Source: Carcharhinus longimanus (Eukaryota). From it: a stretch of 63,187 bases of DNA. The stretch spans positions 115,285,891 through 115,349,077 of the forward strand of contig JASCQW010000132.1 in assembly GCA_030264375.1 (NCBI GenBank), read 5' to 3'. Every line of letters starts with the position of its first letter. Positions within the stretch are counted from its first letter, which is position 1. Below are positions 10,081 to 23,180 of this stretch, one piece after another. The notes below the pieces were generated by a model. The model was not told the origin of the DNA. It made no database searches and saw nothing but the letters and a program-made list of their open reading frames with translations. A program made the translations under genes and the position numbers.

Positions 10081-13000
10081 CTTATTACTTTGAACATTTT
10101 AGGGAATTGTTGAGCTGAGCCCAGATTGTCCCCAAAGCAGATCCGATAGGAGTGAAAAAAAAAACAACTTTGGATTAATTCCCAAAGTGTTCTGTTATTT
10201 TTTGGGAAAAAGTCATCTGTCTTTTCTCTTAGCTGGAGATAAATGTGGTAAAGGATGAAGTAAAAGTAGAAGGAAGGTATTGTAAAGGAAACAGGTGCCC
10301 TGTGAAGGGACCAAAACTTTGTTTATTTTTGGGGAAAAAACTCAGATCAGTAAAACTATGATTTCCTTTATTCATGATTGGAAAATGATAAATCTGAGGC
10401 ATGTAACACAAATTGTTCAAATTAATTCATTCAATTCAAAGTCACCTGCACAAAATATTCTAATCCACCACATGAACCAGTAGGATTTCTTGTCATTAAA
10501 TTATGAACCACCTTTGGCTATTATTTTGGATAAATTTCATATTTGGCAAAGGAAGTGAGGTTATCATATTAGTGATCAAGCAAAGTTTGAAGTTAACTAC
10601 ATTAGACCTTAGAAGTCCAGAAGACTTAAAATGCCCTCAAGACTTGGAGCGTTTGTTGCAATCTTTAGTTTAAACACACATATGTCCTTGGAGATGACCA
10701 TTATGTCTGCAGAAATTCTTTTGTAATTTCACATACAAGGATTTATCTGGGATTTGAAATTAGGCTTCTGTCCTATATTACATTGCCACAAGAAGATTTT
10801 CACATTATATGGGAAGTATATGGCATATATCTTGTGGACTAATTCTATAAAATTACAATGAAACAATTCTGCAAGATAGAAAATACTTAAGATGTGTCAG
10901 ATTTCTCTTCAATATGAAATCATTATTGATTCCTCCTCAAAATGTCTCTTGTTGAAGTATGTTCTATAAAAGTTGAAGTGTTAAGGGCATTTTAAACATT
11001 TATCGTTGCATATCATTGCAAAAATACAGTGCATGCAGCATAGATCAAAAAGAAGTCCAGTAATAATAAATTAAACTCAATGTTTTATAGTGAAAGCACA
11101 TAGGCAAGATTCATTTTGGCACCCTCAGATTGATTAATGGCTTTATGCGGTGTCTCTGAAAGCTCATCACTTCATGAACTCAGAACGCAGAGTTCCAGCA
11201 GTTCATTTAAGGGGCATCTGAGACTAATTTAAGGGATTGTTGTGTCTCATTAAATAACAGTTCAATGCTGCAAGTGGCACAGTCTTATTGAATATGTACC
11301 ACGTCGTTTGTGATTGTTCTGTGGGGAGATAGTCTTACATTCCACAGTAGGTATGAGAAGTTCTGTATATTGTTAAAATTGGGACATACCGAACTTATTT
11401 GCTGACCTAGTTGAGGAACTGAACAACAAACTCAATTCAGTGACAGGCACACTGTGAATGATGAGTTTGGTAGACCTCTTAAGTAGACTTTTAGCTCATG
11501 CACCAACTACAGTAAGCCTTCCCTGATAGTTGTAGTTGCATTCCTGTAAAGTGCAACTTTAAATGAAACAGCTTTAAGCAGATCAGATTTTCCCAGGTCA
11601 ACAGATCAAAAAGCTGTAGGTTGATAATGTATGAACTTTCCCATCTGGAAGAAAACATGAAGTATTGTATGTACCTAAATTGCTATATTCTTAAATGAAA
11701 TAACTTTTAAAATACAAATAGATGCAAAAATGTAAAAGAAATATGGTCATTCTTTCTACATACTTCCCCCACTGCTTCTCCCGCATGCCTGTTCTTTCCC
11801 ACTCACTGACTTCTGCTGGCTGACCGTATCCCTCTCGCCAACTCTCTATCCCTTCCCCACCGACATTCCCCCCACCCCTGCCAACTNNNNNNNNNNNNNN
11901 NNNNNNNNNNNNNNNNNNNNNNNNNNNNNNNNNNNNNNNNNNNNNNNNNNNNNNNNNNNNNNNNNNNNNNNNNNNNNNNNNNNNNNNNNNNNNNNNNNNN
12001 NNNNNNNNNNNNNNNNNNNNNNNNNNNNNNNNNNNNNNNNNNNNNNNNNNNNNNNNNNNNNNNNNNNNNNNNNNNNNNNNNNNNNNNNNNNNNNNNNNNN
12101 NNNNNNNNNNNNNNNNNNNNNNNNNNNNNNNNNNNNNNNNNNNNNNNNNNNNNNNNNNNNNNNNNNNNNNNNNNNNNNNNNNNNNNNNNNNNNNNNNNNN
12201 NNNNNNNNNNNNNNNNNNNNNNNNNNNNNNNNNNNNNNNNNNNNNNNNNNNNNNNNNNNNNNNNNNNNNNNNNNNNNNNNNNNNNNNNNNNNNNNNNNNN
12301 NNNNNNNNNNNNNNNNNNNNNNNNNNNNNNNNNNNNNNNNNNNNNNNNNNNNNNNNNNNNNNNNNNNNNNNNNNNNNNNNNNNNNNNNNNNNNNNNNNNN
12401 NNNNNNNNNNNNNNNNNNNNNNNNNNNNNNNNNNNNNNNNNNNNNNNNNNNNNNNNNNNNNNNNNNNNNNNNNNNNNNNNNNNNNNNNNNNNNNNNNNNN
12501 NNNNNNNNNNNNNNNNNNNNNNNNNNNNNNNNNNNNNNNNNNNNNNNNNNNNNNNNNNNNNNNNNNNNNNNNNNNNNNNNNNNNNNNNNNNNNNNNNNNN
12601 NNNNNNNNNNNNNNNNNNNNNNNNNNNNNNNNNNNNNNNNNNNNNNNNNNNNNNNNNNNNNNNNNNNNNNNNNNNNNNNNNNNNNNNNNNNNNNNNNNNN
12701 NNNNNNNNNCAATTATTGCCTTTGTGGAGTCTTGGGAAATATTGTATCTCTCCTCTGCTGGGTTTTGCAGGTGTCATGACCCATGTTTTGAGTGGAAAGC
12801 CCCTCACCCAAGATCCTGCATTCGCGCAGTGGCTTCAAAAAAACTGTGGCACCTGTGAAGGATTAAGAATGTAAAAAAATTCACAAGAGCTCTCTGGAAA
12901 CCAAACAGATACCTTTAGTTTGTGGTGGCCACAGAAAAGTTGCACATTGATGGAGTGGAACCACAGGCCAGTGACTGCCTCGATAGACAGCTTCAGCTGT

Positions 13001-14009
13001 CTTTGGCATTGCCTCTCAGATATCAGCAAGTAGTTGGTTCATCTGCAGAGCACTCAACATTGCATTAACCCTTGGTTGCCTCAACCTGAGCAGCTAGTGC
13101 CACCCCTCTCCCAGTGTTTCCACCTGTGCCTCTAAAAATGCTGGTGAACTATACCCGTGTAACCTCTAGGAAGCAAACTGAACAGAAGGGAGGCAAAGAC
13201 ATATGGACAATTGTCATGTGGTCCTCGTCCCTCAACTTGTGCATCTACAGTAATGGTCTTCTGCTCCTCAGCCTTTTTGTTGCAGCAAGTCAATTGACAC
13301 TCTCACAATCAACTAGGACCTGCCACTCATTACCCTTAGCTCTGTGCCCATCACCCTCCACCTTCCCTCAGATACCCTGAGCCACCCACCATCATCCTTG
13401 AAATACTCTTAATCATCATCAAACTTTCATCTGTCAAGCTTGACTCACTCATCCCCCACCATCTTTGATCTGCTTGCCTTCAGTCTTTACCCTGTCCCCA
13501 TGACCTTTAACTCACTATTACCCTTAATCCTTGTGTTGCCCACATCCAGTCTTGACTTTCCCTTTGTTGTCTAGCTCCCTCCCTTTTGTCAGCCACAACC
13601 CTCCATTGTTAGTCATCATTCTCCCTCACACAGCCATGACCTACACTACACCTGGTATCTCAATCTGCTTTCCAGTTCTGGATCACTTCCCTTGACAAGA
13701 AAAGCAGCTCCTATTCACTCCAAGTCTACTTCAGATATGCCATAGACTGCTCCACACCAGCTTTAACCAGTCAAGAAAATGAAGACATATGTTTTCCGTT
13801 TGACTCTGACTTGAGTATAAAAGTACCTTTTAATTGGAAAATCTGGTGTTTTAATGAGCATTCATGAAATGCTCCTGCATTACTTGGGAACCTGACATTT
13901 TTACTCCTTCCCAGTTAAATTCCCTTGCCCACCTCTTTCCCCACACCCTCTGGAATCATTAAGTTCCACTCAGTGAGTACCACTGGACTGTTGAATCAGA
14001 TGTGCATTA

Positions 14010-14240
14010 CCGTCGAGCATGATTCTAATCTTGCGTAATGTCCACACAAGTGCTCTTTCCACTAGGGGTCACTGAGCAGCTGTCAGGAATGGGAATCTGG
14101 CTACTTCACCCACTCTGTTCCTGGGACAATGAAGCCGACAGCGATGTCATCAGACTCAGCACAAACTAAAAATAATTTTTTGATACCCGTGTAGCTAATG
14201 ACATCAAGTGAAACTTTTACTACTAGACCAACTGTAGGTG
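14010..14240 (-). mobile_element. Old SINE-like repeat, unnamed family (related pieces ~4035-4330, 34690-34870, 35880-36110)
   Basis: Shared degenerate ...ttcctg...ccagtgacccc...aagtgc.tgtgtggaca motif. Confidence 0.35.
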
Positions 14241-16547
14241 GGCATTTTTCTAAATTTTACTTTTTAATTTGCAGATATTTGAGTGCATACATTTTATTTA
14301 TGTTACATTCCTATTTACAGAAACAAATCTAGTGTTGACTGAGAGTAAGATTATTAACTTATTCGAAGGTTCCTCAATTTTACTCTGGATGAGTTGACAT
14401 ATCACATTTTGAAATAGCCAACCCAGGAAGTACAGAACTTGCTGGAACTGTCATTAGGTTAAAGACTTTAAGCTCCAGTATATTGGAGTCATGTCTAAGT
14501 TTCCTTATTTAATCTTTTTTGCATCAGCAAATAAGAATGTAATATTGTAAGTAAACAGTTGTACAGTGCCTGCCTGCCTCACTCTGCCCTGCTTTAACTC
14601 TTTCCGCAGCTAATTTCCCTTGTGATTTTCAAAATACTCATATCAGTGAGAAACTTAATCCTCTGCAAACTTTGGATGCTGAAAATCAAACTATAATTAA
14701 GGAACACGACAAAAGCATTGGTGTCTCAAGTGCCTTCAGTTATCACCGTGAAAATGCAATGAAGACACAATTCAAACGGGAAAAAAAGAAATGGTGAAGG
14801 AATGGAATAGCTAGCTCCTCCCATGTGGAAATGGTTCCATTTCTCTTAACACACTTAAGTAAGAGTGAATTGTTGATGCAAAACCCAACTGGAAATAAAT
14901 TCAAATGGTCACTTCAATATTTAGTTGTTGGTAAGAATCAGCCATGTGAAAAATTAAACAGCTTAACTAGTTATGAAGAAACATATAGGAATTTAATTTC
15001 CTTTGGTGTTCTACAGCTTAGTGTTAATAACTGCATGTAAGAATTTTATATTAACACTAACCAGTGTGCTACCAGAGGTAATTAAACCTCAGAATGTATT
15101 CTTATGAAGCCCGCTGTCTATCAATTATCTTTAGAAATACTGTGAAAGTGCAAGCGAATGAATGTCTGTAACATAGTACTGCAGATTTCTTTTAACTACT
15201 TAACATGATCATGGGGACACATCAGCCAATTGCATCCCATAAATTAGCTCAATGAATGTCATTTATCAACCAATCACCACCATGCAACAAGGACCAATCG
15301 GGTTCTACAGTCTGTGTTGTAGGATATTTGCTGATTCAATCAACTCTAAAAATTAATCACATTCATATGAAAGTGCATCACACTACATACTATGTTGCTT
15401 TAAAAAAAGTCTAGAAAAATTTAGGTTACCAGTCTGTCCTTCATTAGTTTCCAAAATACTCCCTCCCCCAATAATGCAGCTCCTGTTGACACACTGTCAA
15501 GACCCCAGTGACCTCACTCCTTCCTTACAGCACCTGGCTTGCTGACACCCCGNNNNNNNNNNGATGCTCTACAACCTAGCCCAGCTTAATCTGACATGAG
15601 GAATGCATATGCAACAGACCCGAAGGAATACCCTAGGATGACTCAAATGGTTTGGCTGCTCATTTGGCCCCTCACTGTGGTATAAATACTCCTGTTCCTC
15701 ATTCAGCCCCCAGTGCTCAACAGCCTGTCTTCAGCCCCCACCTGTACCAAACTCCCTCCCATATGGGGAGATCTGAAAATGATCCCCCCACCCCCATCCC
15801 CCAAAAGGCAGACAGGGAAACAGAGTAGACTGCCAAAAGTAGCTGCGTCCTGCTTCATCCAGCTGGCTGCTCAGAACTACTTCACTAAAGTTTGGGGGTT
15901 GTTTGGTTGGTTCCCTTCTCTTTTTATTGGTAANNNNNNNNNNNNNNNNNNNNNNNNNNNNNNNNNNNNNNNNNNNNNNNNNNNNNNNNNNNNNNNNNNN
16001 NNNNNNNNNNNNNNNNNNNNNNNNNNNNNNNNNAGGGTGGGGAAAAAGCAGCAGGTAAATTAGGTCAAATAATAAGGGAGATAAGGGAGGGGAGGTTGGT
16101 GCAGAGGTGAGATGTTACACAGATTGCAGGCATACCTCTCTCAGCTGTCACCCTTAGCTATGGTGGGGAGAGGAGAGGGTGGTTAAAGTGGTAATCTTCA
16201 TCCTCAGCCAGTGGCTGGAATTTTATGAGGAGCGCCGTTCACCCATGGCAGAGCTAAATCACTAAACTACTCATTAGAGTCACAACAGTATAAAGTCACT
16301 GTTGATATATGAACCAATCAGTCAGAGTATTGATTAGCGCAAGCCCCGCATGCATCTCCCTGCACTGGCTTCTGCATCAGCGCTAACCATAAATCAGCTC
16401 TGGCTACACAATCATTGCAGTGCGGCCTTTAGAAGCAAGGGAGGCCTGATTTATACAGACCAGGTACACACTTGGCAGGGAGTTACAAAGCTACAGTTCA
16501 ATCAGGGTGGTCCTAAAGAGGATTGGAAATTGCTGCACTGGATCCTC

Positions 16548-16549
<2 letters not shown>

Positions 16550-16584
<35 letters not shown>
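16550..16584. repeat. (GT)n microsatellite
   Basis: About 17 GT units. Confidence 0.95.
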
Positions 16585-16585
<1 letters not shown>

Positions 16586-16787
16586 AGAGATTGTGAACCA
16601 TTTGCAGAACCCAGAGATTGCAATCAAGACTTCCCTCTACCCCTAGCTTCTTGCTGTTTTGAGTTATATGGGTCAAGTTAAGTCAAGTTACAACGTGCAG
16701 CTGCAGGGACCAATCTAACTTTGGAAATGTATAGCCACCAATATGTATTCCACATCACTTGATTGTATCCCATCGGTGTACTGCAAA

Positions 16788-17148
16788 AAGAAAGACTTGC
16801 ATTTATATAGCACCTTTCACACCCACCAGACATCTCAGTGTGCCTTACAGCCAAGGAAATATTTTTTGAAACGCAGACACTTCTTATGTCGGGAACACGG
16901 CAGCTAATGCAAAGCCACCTCCCACACACAACACTGTAATAATCTGCCTGCGTGATATTGATTGTGGGATAAATATTGGCCTGGTCACAGCGGGGTAACT
17001 CTCCTTGCTCTTCTCTGAAATAACGTCATGGGGTCTTTTACCCAAGCTGGCACATGGAGGTCTCAGTTTAACGTTTCAGCCGAAAGACAGCATCTCCTAC
17101 AGTGCAGCACTCCCTCAGGGCTGCACTGAAGGGTCAGCCTGGATTTCA
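16788..17148 (-). mobile_element. DeuSINE/SacSINE1-like element
   Basis: acttgcatttatatagcaccttt tail, gggataaatattggcc core, agtgcagcactccctcag. Confidence 0.75.
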
Positions 17149-17225
17149 AACATAGAGGATAGAAGCAGGAGGCCATTTGGCCCCTCTAGCCTGCTCTGCC
17201 ATTCATCACCATCATGGCTGATTAT
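17149..17225 (-). mobile_element. CR1 3' tail fragment
   Basis: gcaggaggccatttggcccctctagcctgctctgccattc. Confidence 0.7.
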
Positions 17226-17311
17226 GGCATCAAAACGTTGAATATATTCAATGTATTTCTTACTGGTTGGACACCCAGAGTGGGGCTGGAGAGGCAAGGG
17301 TGCGACCAACT

Positions 17312-17612
17312 GATTTTTATTTATTATTTACTTGTCACAAGTAGGCTTACACTCACACTGCAATGAAATCACTGTGAAAATCGCCTAGTCGCCACACTCC
17401 GGCGCCTGTTCGGGCACACTAAGGGAGAATTTAGCGTGGACAAGGCATCTAACCAGCACGTCTTTGGACTGTGGGAGGAAACCGGAGCAGCCGGAGGAAA
17501 CCCACACAGATGCAGGGTGAATGTGCAAACTCCACACAAATAGTGACCCAAGCCAGAAATTGAATCCTGGTGGTGTGAGGCAGCAGTGATAACCACTGTG
17601 CCACCGTGCTGT
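17312..17612 (-). mobile_element. V-SINE with Rex1-like tail
   Basis: V-core plus a tail ending cttgtgacaagtaaataataaataaa. Confidence 0.85.
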
Positions 17613-18294
17613 CCTAATCATGGGGAAACCTTTGGAATAACTAACCATTCAGATTGTTAACCAAAAAAAAAACATGCTAATTTGTCAGGGTTCACATTGA
17701 CAAAGTCCAGTCAACAGTCAGCATTTCCTGACAAATCAGCATTGACACAACCCTTCCACCTGAATTATTCTTTCCCCATTGACTAGCTGCTATTCTTTGG
17801 ACTGGGCCCTTTTCGCTTTTCAATATTAATGTGAAAACTGCAGTAGTATTTTCAAGCACCCAGAAGATAAAAATAGTTCGGACCTGCATTCTTATTTCCC
17901 GTTTTACTGCTCTTTTCTTCTTTCTGGGATACGAATGCTCTCTTACACTGCTGACAGAATGCTGTGAAGAAGGATGGGCCATGCTGGTGCAATAGTACCA
18001 GAATTCAAGATTGGAACAGGACTGAGTAGGTGTCAGGGAGGAATGATGGCAATGGAAGGGGAAAATAAATAGCAAACGGCAATGAAAAATTAGATGGGGA
18101 GAAGAGGAGGATGCCAACATTAACCAAGAAGGAGTGGGGAAGTGAAGAACTAGTTAAATTGGTTCAGCAATGGAATGGAAGAAGAATACTTAGCTTAATT
18201 GGATGTGAGGGAATAGTGTGAAAAGTTGAATCAGGGGGTGTTAGGCAGGAGGGGGAAGAAATATCAGAATGAGCTGGGAGAGTTGGCTCAGAGC

Positions 18295-18835
18295 AGTATC
18301 TCATATGAACTGGATCCTGTGGTTGGGGGTGGAATGGTGCTGTCAAAAGACCCTTGGCAAACTGCTGTTGTGCATTTTGTAGATGGTACACATTGCAAGC
18401 TACCATGTTCTCATGGTGGAATGTTTAAGAGGGTGGATCAGGCATCACTCTGGTGGGCTGTTTTTACCTGGATTGTGTTGAACTTCTCAAATATACTCAT
18501 CTAGTCAAGTGAAGAGTATTCCATTACACTCCTCATTTGTGTTTTGGGGATGGTGAAAGACTTTGGAAAATCAGGAGGTGAGATACTTGCCAGAGGATTC
18601 ATAACATCAGTCCTGCTCTTGTAGTCGTAGTATTTTTGGCTGGTCCAAAAATGTTCTGATCATTCATAACCTCCAGGATGTTGATGATAGGGCTTTCAAC
18701 GAAGATAATTCTATTGAATGTCAAGGGGAGTTGGTTAGATTTAGTTTTGTTGAAGTGGGAACTGCTCTGTACTTGTGTAGTGTGAATGCTGCTTGAAACT
18801 TACTAGTATTGTACAGGTTTTGCTGCCTACAGAAC
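18295..18835 (-). mobile_element. RTE-X-like LINE RT C-terminal fragment
   Basis: Reverse-complement similarity to 59365-59760. Confidence 0.65.
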
Positions 18836-19257
18836 TGCTTAGGCAGTGGGTTTGTTGAAAATTCAGATGTCATTTTGCTTTATTTAAGATTAAAAACAGC
18901 TATTGACCATGAAACATAAAACATAAAATGTTGCATTCTGATTCATCGTAAGTGTAAAAAGTTTGAATTTTCCTATGCACGTGCTCTTGAGAACTCCTGT
19001 AAATGCACAATAAATTTTCTGCTTTGAAAATTTTTATTTTCCCTTCAAGTTTTCTTCTGTACTACTATTAATCTTCCAACAGAAATGAAGGTATACGGAA
19101 CATACCTACAAAGCCTGTGTAACCACTAGTTACATGTTGGCTCTGTCCTTGAATGGTCAACTTTCTGGGAACATGAAAGAACCAACAAATAGTGCCTTCC
19201 ATGATTTCAGGATATTGCAGAGTGCTTTACGTCTACTTGAGTATTTCTGAACCATTT

Positions 19258-19567
19258 TTGATTTGATTTATTATTGTCACATACATTAGTATATGGTGAA
19301 AAGTATTGTTTCTTACATGCTACATAGATAAAGCATACTGTTCATAGAGAAGGAAAGGAGAGAGTGCAGAATGTAGTGCTACAGCCATAGCTAGGGTGTA
19401 GATAAAGATCAACTTGATGAAGAGATTGAATTAAAACATTGTTCGAAAGTTTAAAAGAGTTAGAATAAAGTTTTGGAAACATGGAACAAGACTAAAAGAT
19501 AAAGTTAGAAGGTCTGCCAGGCACATTTTGCAAGAAGGCACCTCGCTCTGGCGCCATCTTGGAAAAT
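19258..19567 (-). mobile_element. Short bipartite Rex1/Babar derivative
   Basis: 3' end matches the Rex1 copies (tgtgacaataataaatcaaatcaaa). 5' end is caagatggcgcc. cattt is duplicated at the flanks. Confidence 0.7.
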
Positions 19568-19829
19568 CATTTCATTGTTGAAGTTTACAGGTGAAGGGGT
19601 GGACAGAAGCAGCACAATAATTAAACCAAAGGCAGCAAAGGCTCGGATGAGAATTTCAGATGAAGATGAGCTGCGGCAGGCAATGTTACAGAGAGCAAAT
19701 TAGACCGTATCCACTGTTGTAATGTAGGAAACATGACAATCAATTTGTGCAGATTTTAATGAGATAACTAGATGATCAGTTCGTTTGGTTGAAGGATAAG
19801 TATTGGCCAGGACTTCCCTGTTTTCCTTG

Positions 19830-20600
19830 TACAATTTTATTTGAAACAATTGATCAGTTTTTGTTAGTTTTCTAGCATGGCACATATGAAAAATTAGCTT
19901 GTTTTACCAAGCATCATTTTATATGAACATCATTACCACGGTGATTGCAGAGATTGAAGAGAATTCAACGTTGCTTGCTCAGAGTAACAAATGTAATGTT
20001 GATAGTTTTGCCCACTTTTCAAGACCAATTCCTTTCTTAAAATTCTGTAAAAACCTGGAAGTTTATGGAGAAGGGTGGGGAAAGAGATTGTTGCAATTCC
20101 ACCTCCTCCCAATCTGTTCTGCTGCATGGTAGGACGTAAAACCCATGGTTGGGATAAATGACAGTACTTACGTAATACAAGACAAATTTAATGTAATCTA
20201 AGAGGATTGATAACTCATGTGCCAATTCTTCCATCTCTATAAAATGTCGACCTGTTCTGACCATCTGTTTAAGTACTAACGTGTGAACATGAATTTGTCC
20301 ATAAGATACAGATTTGCACCTGATGGTTTTAGTAATTAGTCCTCGTTACAGGAGGTTCACCAAGAATGCCAGCTCCACAACACTGACAGCACAGTTTCAA
20401 TCAGATGTTCTAGCTTTACCGCCCGTCTGCCAGCTCTTACCTCCACAGGCTGATCGACATATGTCACTGAAAGTGCTCCAATATTTCATTAAAAAGTTTT
20501 GTCAGACAAAAAGTATCAGGGCCAACATGCGGAAATTAAAGCATAACTGCCACTGGATGAGGCTTTAGCAACAAAATGTTATGCCAAAACTAATAACTAA
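19830..20600. promoter_or_regulatory. Candidate conserved non-coding element
   Basis: Repeat-free. Contains aacaattg, taattag and TGACAG/TGTCA motifs. Confidence 0.45.
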
Positions 20601-20729
20601 TTTGCTGGGAGGTTAAAGTAATTTTTGTGAGTTCCCACCACAAATTTCCAGGCTTTGCTGGAACTTAAAAAAAGGAGCTGGTTTTGAAAAGTGGGCAAGT
20701 TTTCAGAATGCTAAAGTTCCCATGGTTTT

Positions 20730-20980
20730 CCTTCAGATTAATTCTTGAGACATGGGTGTCACACGCATGATTGGCATTTATTGTCTACCCCTACTTACCT
20801 TGAGCTATTCACCTCGAGTCCCCTGCAACCTGTTAAGCTACTTTAGAGGGCAATTGAGGGTCCATGTAAGTGTTGGGAGACTGGGGTCATGGGCCTAACT
20901 GGGTAAGGACAGCAGGTTTATTTCCCAGAAGGATACTCATGAACCTGTTGGATTTTTTTGATAATCTGACAGCTTCATGG
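20730..20980 (-). mobile_element. SINE-like element with RTE-X-type tail
   Basis: Reverse complement of the family at 26763 and 55115, with an aataaatgcc tail. Confidence 0.55.
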
Positions 20981-21249
20981 TTACGTACCTATGCACAGGT
21001 CAAAGAGCACAAAGCTGGTCTCCAGAAGAAGACTGCTAGCTGGCGAAGTAATAATCTGACTTTGATGGAAGTTGATATAATTGCTGTTGGGATGCTTCTG
21101 CCATTGAACCTGTGATGTACATCATGACTTCAGTAGGTCTCAGTGTCTTTTTCAAGTAGTGCCATCAGAGAGGTATGGTTAGATTGAAACATAACTCCAT
21201 TAGATTAAGATCTAGTAAGTAGAATTTTATGCTGTCGGTTGTAATTAAA

Positions 21250-21765
21250 CTGTGGCTAGTTAACGTAATATTTTTAACAGGAAGGAGGAAAGCAATGTAG
21301 AAAGGTTTAGATGTGTAAGAAGGAAATTCCAGAATTTGGGGCCTAGTCACTTGAAGGCGTGGCCACCCCGATGATGTAGTGCTTAAAGTTGGGAAAGGAC
21401 AAGAGGCCAGAATTAGAATAGCAGAGATACCTTGGATGGTTACCAGGTTGGAGGAGATTACAGAGATAGCGAGGGGATAAGGCAATGGAGGGCTTTGAAA
21501 ACAAAGATGAGAATTTTAAAATCAAGACATTAATTGAGTGGGAGCCATTATAGGTTAACCGGCATAATAGTGATAGGTGAATAGCACTTATTATGAGCTA
21601 AGACAGGCAGCAGAGTTTAGGATGACCTCCAATTTACATGTTAGGATAGTATGTGGCAGACTAGCAGAAATGTATTGGAATGGTCAAGCCTAGAGATAAT
21701 AAAGGCACGATTGAGGGTTTCAGCAGATGATGAATTGGAACAGACAGCCTTAGTGATGGCATGAA
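21250..21765 (-). mobile_element. L2 LINE 3' fragment
   Basis: Minus strand reads FKILIFVFKALH. Similar to 22845 and 53230. Confidence 0.7.
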
Positions 21766-22004
21766 TGCGAATGTGAACTTATCTGCAGTTTATTTGTCCC
21801 AATAACACAAGTGGCAAATATTATTATTTGTTAATGGTGAACAGAGATATAAAGAAAGCTGAGCTAATATTTGAGGTTGTGAAAAAAAACACAACTTTCA
21901 CTAATTTTTGATTTACAGAGTACCTTCAATATAACCAATCAATTACTGAATAAAACTATAATAAGCCTTCATTAAGGTTCATGACATTGAAATAAAAAGC
22001 AAAA

Positions 22005-22370
22005 AAAAGACGTCTTCTTAAGGCACCTCAGGACGTCCCAAATCATTTTGCAGCCAATTAAGTACTTACGAAGCATAGACACTGTTGTAATGTAGGAACC
22101 ACAGTGGCCAATTTGCACAAACAGTAATGTGATAATATTGCCAGGATGTGAGGGATAACTCGCCTGCTCTACAAAATATTGTCATGGGATCCTTTACATC
22201 AACCTAAGAAAGCAGACTAAACCTTAGCTTAACGTCTCATCGAAAAGTATGAATGACAGCCCAGATTTCTGAGGGCTGGGACTTCACTGCGGTCTCTGAG
22301 GAGTGGGACTTCAACCTACAAATCTCTGACTCCATGGTGAAAAATAATATCAACAGAGCCATGGCTGACG
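22005..22370 (-). mobile_element. DeuSINE-like element
   Basis: ggacgtcccaaa...tgttgtaatgtaggaa...catgggatcctttacatc...ttaacgtctcatcgaaa. Confidence 0.7.
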
Positions 22371-22379
22371 GAATGTAAA

Positions 22380-22830
22380 TTAACGCCAAAAAAACAAACT
22401 TATATTCACAGTATACTTGAAAATGCAAAGTAAAATCTACTATCAATTGTAACTTTCCATTGTTATGTGAGCAGAGTAAAAATGATTCCAACAGCTAATT
22501 GACCAATTGGAAGGGCAAAACCATCAATGCATCAGGGGCATTCCACAATGACTGAAACAAAGACAACAGGACTATTTCAGTAGGTAATTTAAAAACTGCT
22601 GAAAGAGATCAATTTGGCAAATAAATGATAAAACCCATCCGATACTAGGTACATCAGTGCATCATAAAATGTCATCATCATATTATTGATATCACACTGG
22701 CACTCAGCCAGTATTACTCAATATTATTTTTTGCTGCGTTAGTACATCTGTAAAATATTCTGTCAAGAACATGTTATGAGAGTGATGCTGTGTGTTGGCA
22801 ACAACATATAACTCTGACATACAGCATATT
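22380..22830. promoter_or_regulatory. Candidate conserved non-coding element
   Basis: Repeat-free. Contains ctaattgaccaattgg, ccatcaat, aacaaag and cataaaa motifs. Confidence 0.4.
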
Positions 22831-22844
22831 TAAATACTACCTAA

Positions 22845-23180
22845 CCTTTAACCTTAATTATCAAATCCTTGTCCTTGTTTTCAAATTACTCATGGTCTCA
22901 TTCCTTCACAACTTCAACCTCTCCTTCCCTTCAACCCTCGAAGAATTTTGCATTCTTACAATTGTGATCTCTTGCACATTGCCAATTTCCTTGGTGGCTC
23001 TGTCTTCTGCTGCATTGGCTCAAGACTCTGAACTTCCTCACTAAACTGTCCACAGGTTCTCTCTTCTTAAGACTTCCTAAATTTACCTGTTTGACAAGGT
23101 TTTTCATCACTTGGCCTAATATCTCATGGTTACACAACTTTGAAGTGTCTTACTGTGGCAAAGGCACAGTAAGTAGTTGT
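22845..23180 (+). mobile_element. L2 LINE 3' fragment
   Basis: YQILVLVFKLL reading with an L2-type tail. Confidence 0.6.

Noticed and set aside
11803-12807. Long ORFs of 288-334 aa
   Set aside because: Artefacts of an N gap.
12710-13950. Possible Harbinger-related relic
   Set aside because: Composition is suggestive, but I could not identify termini or a protein motif.
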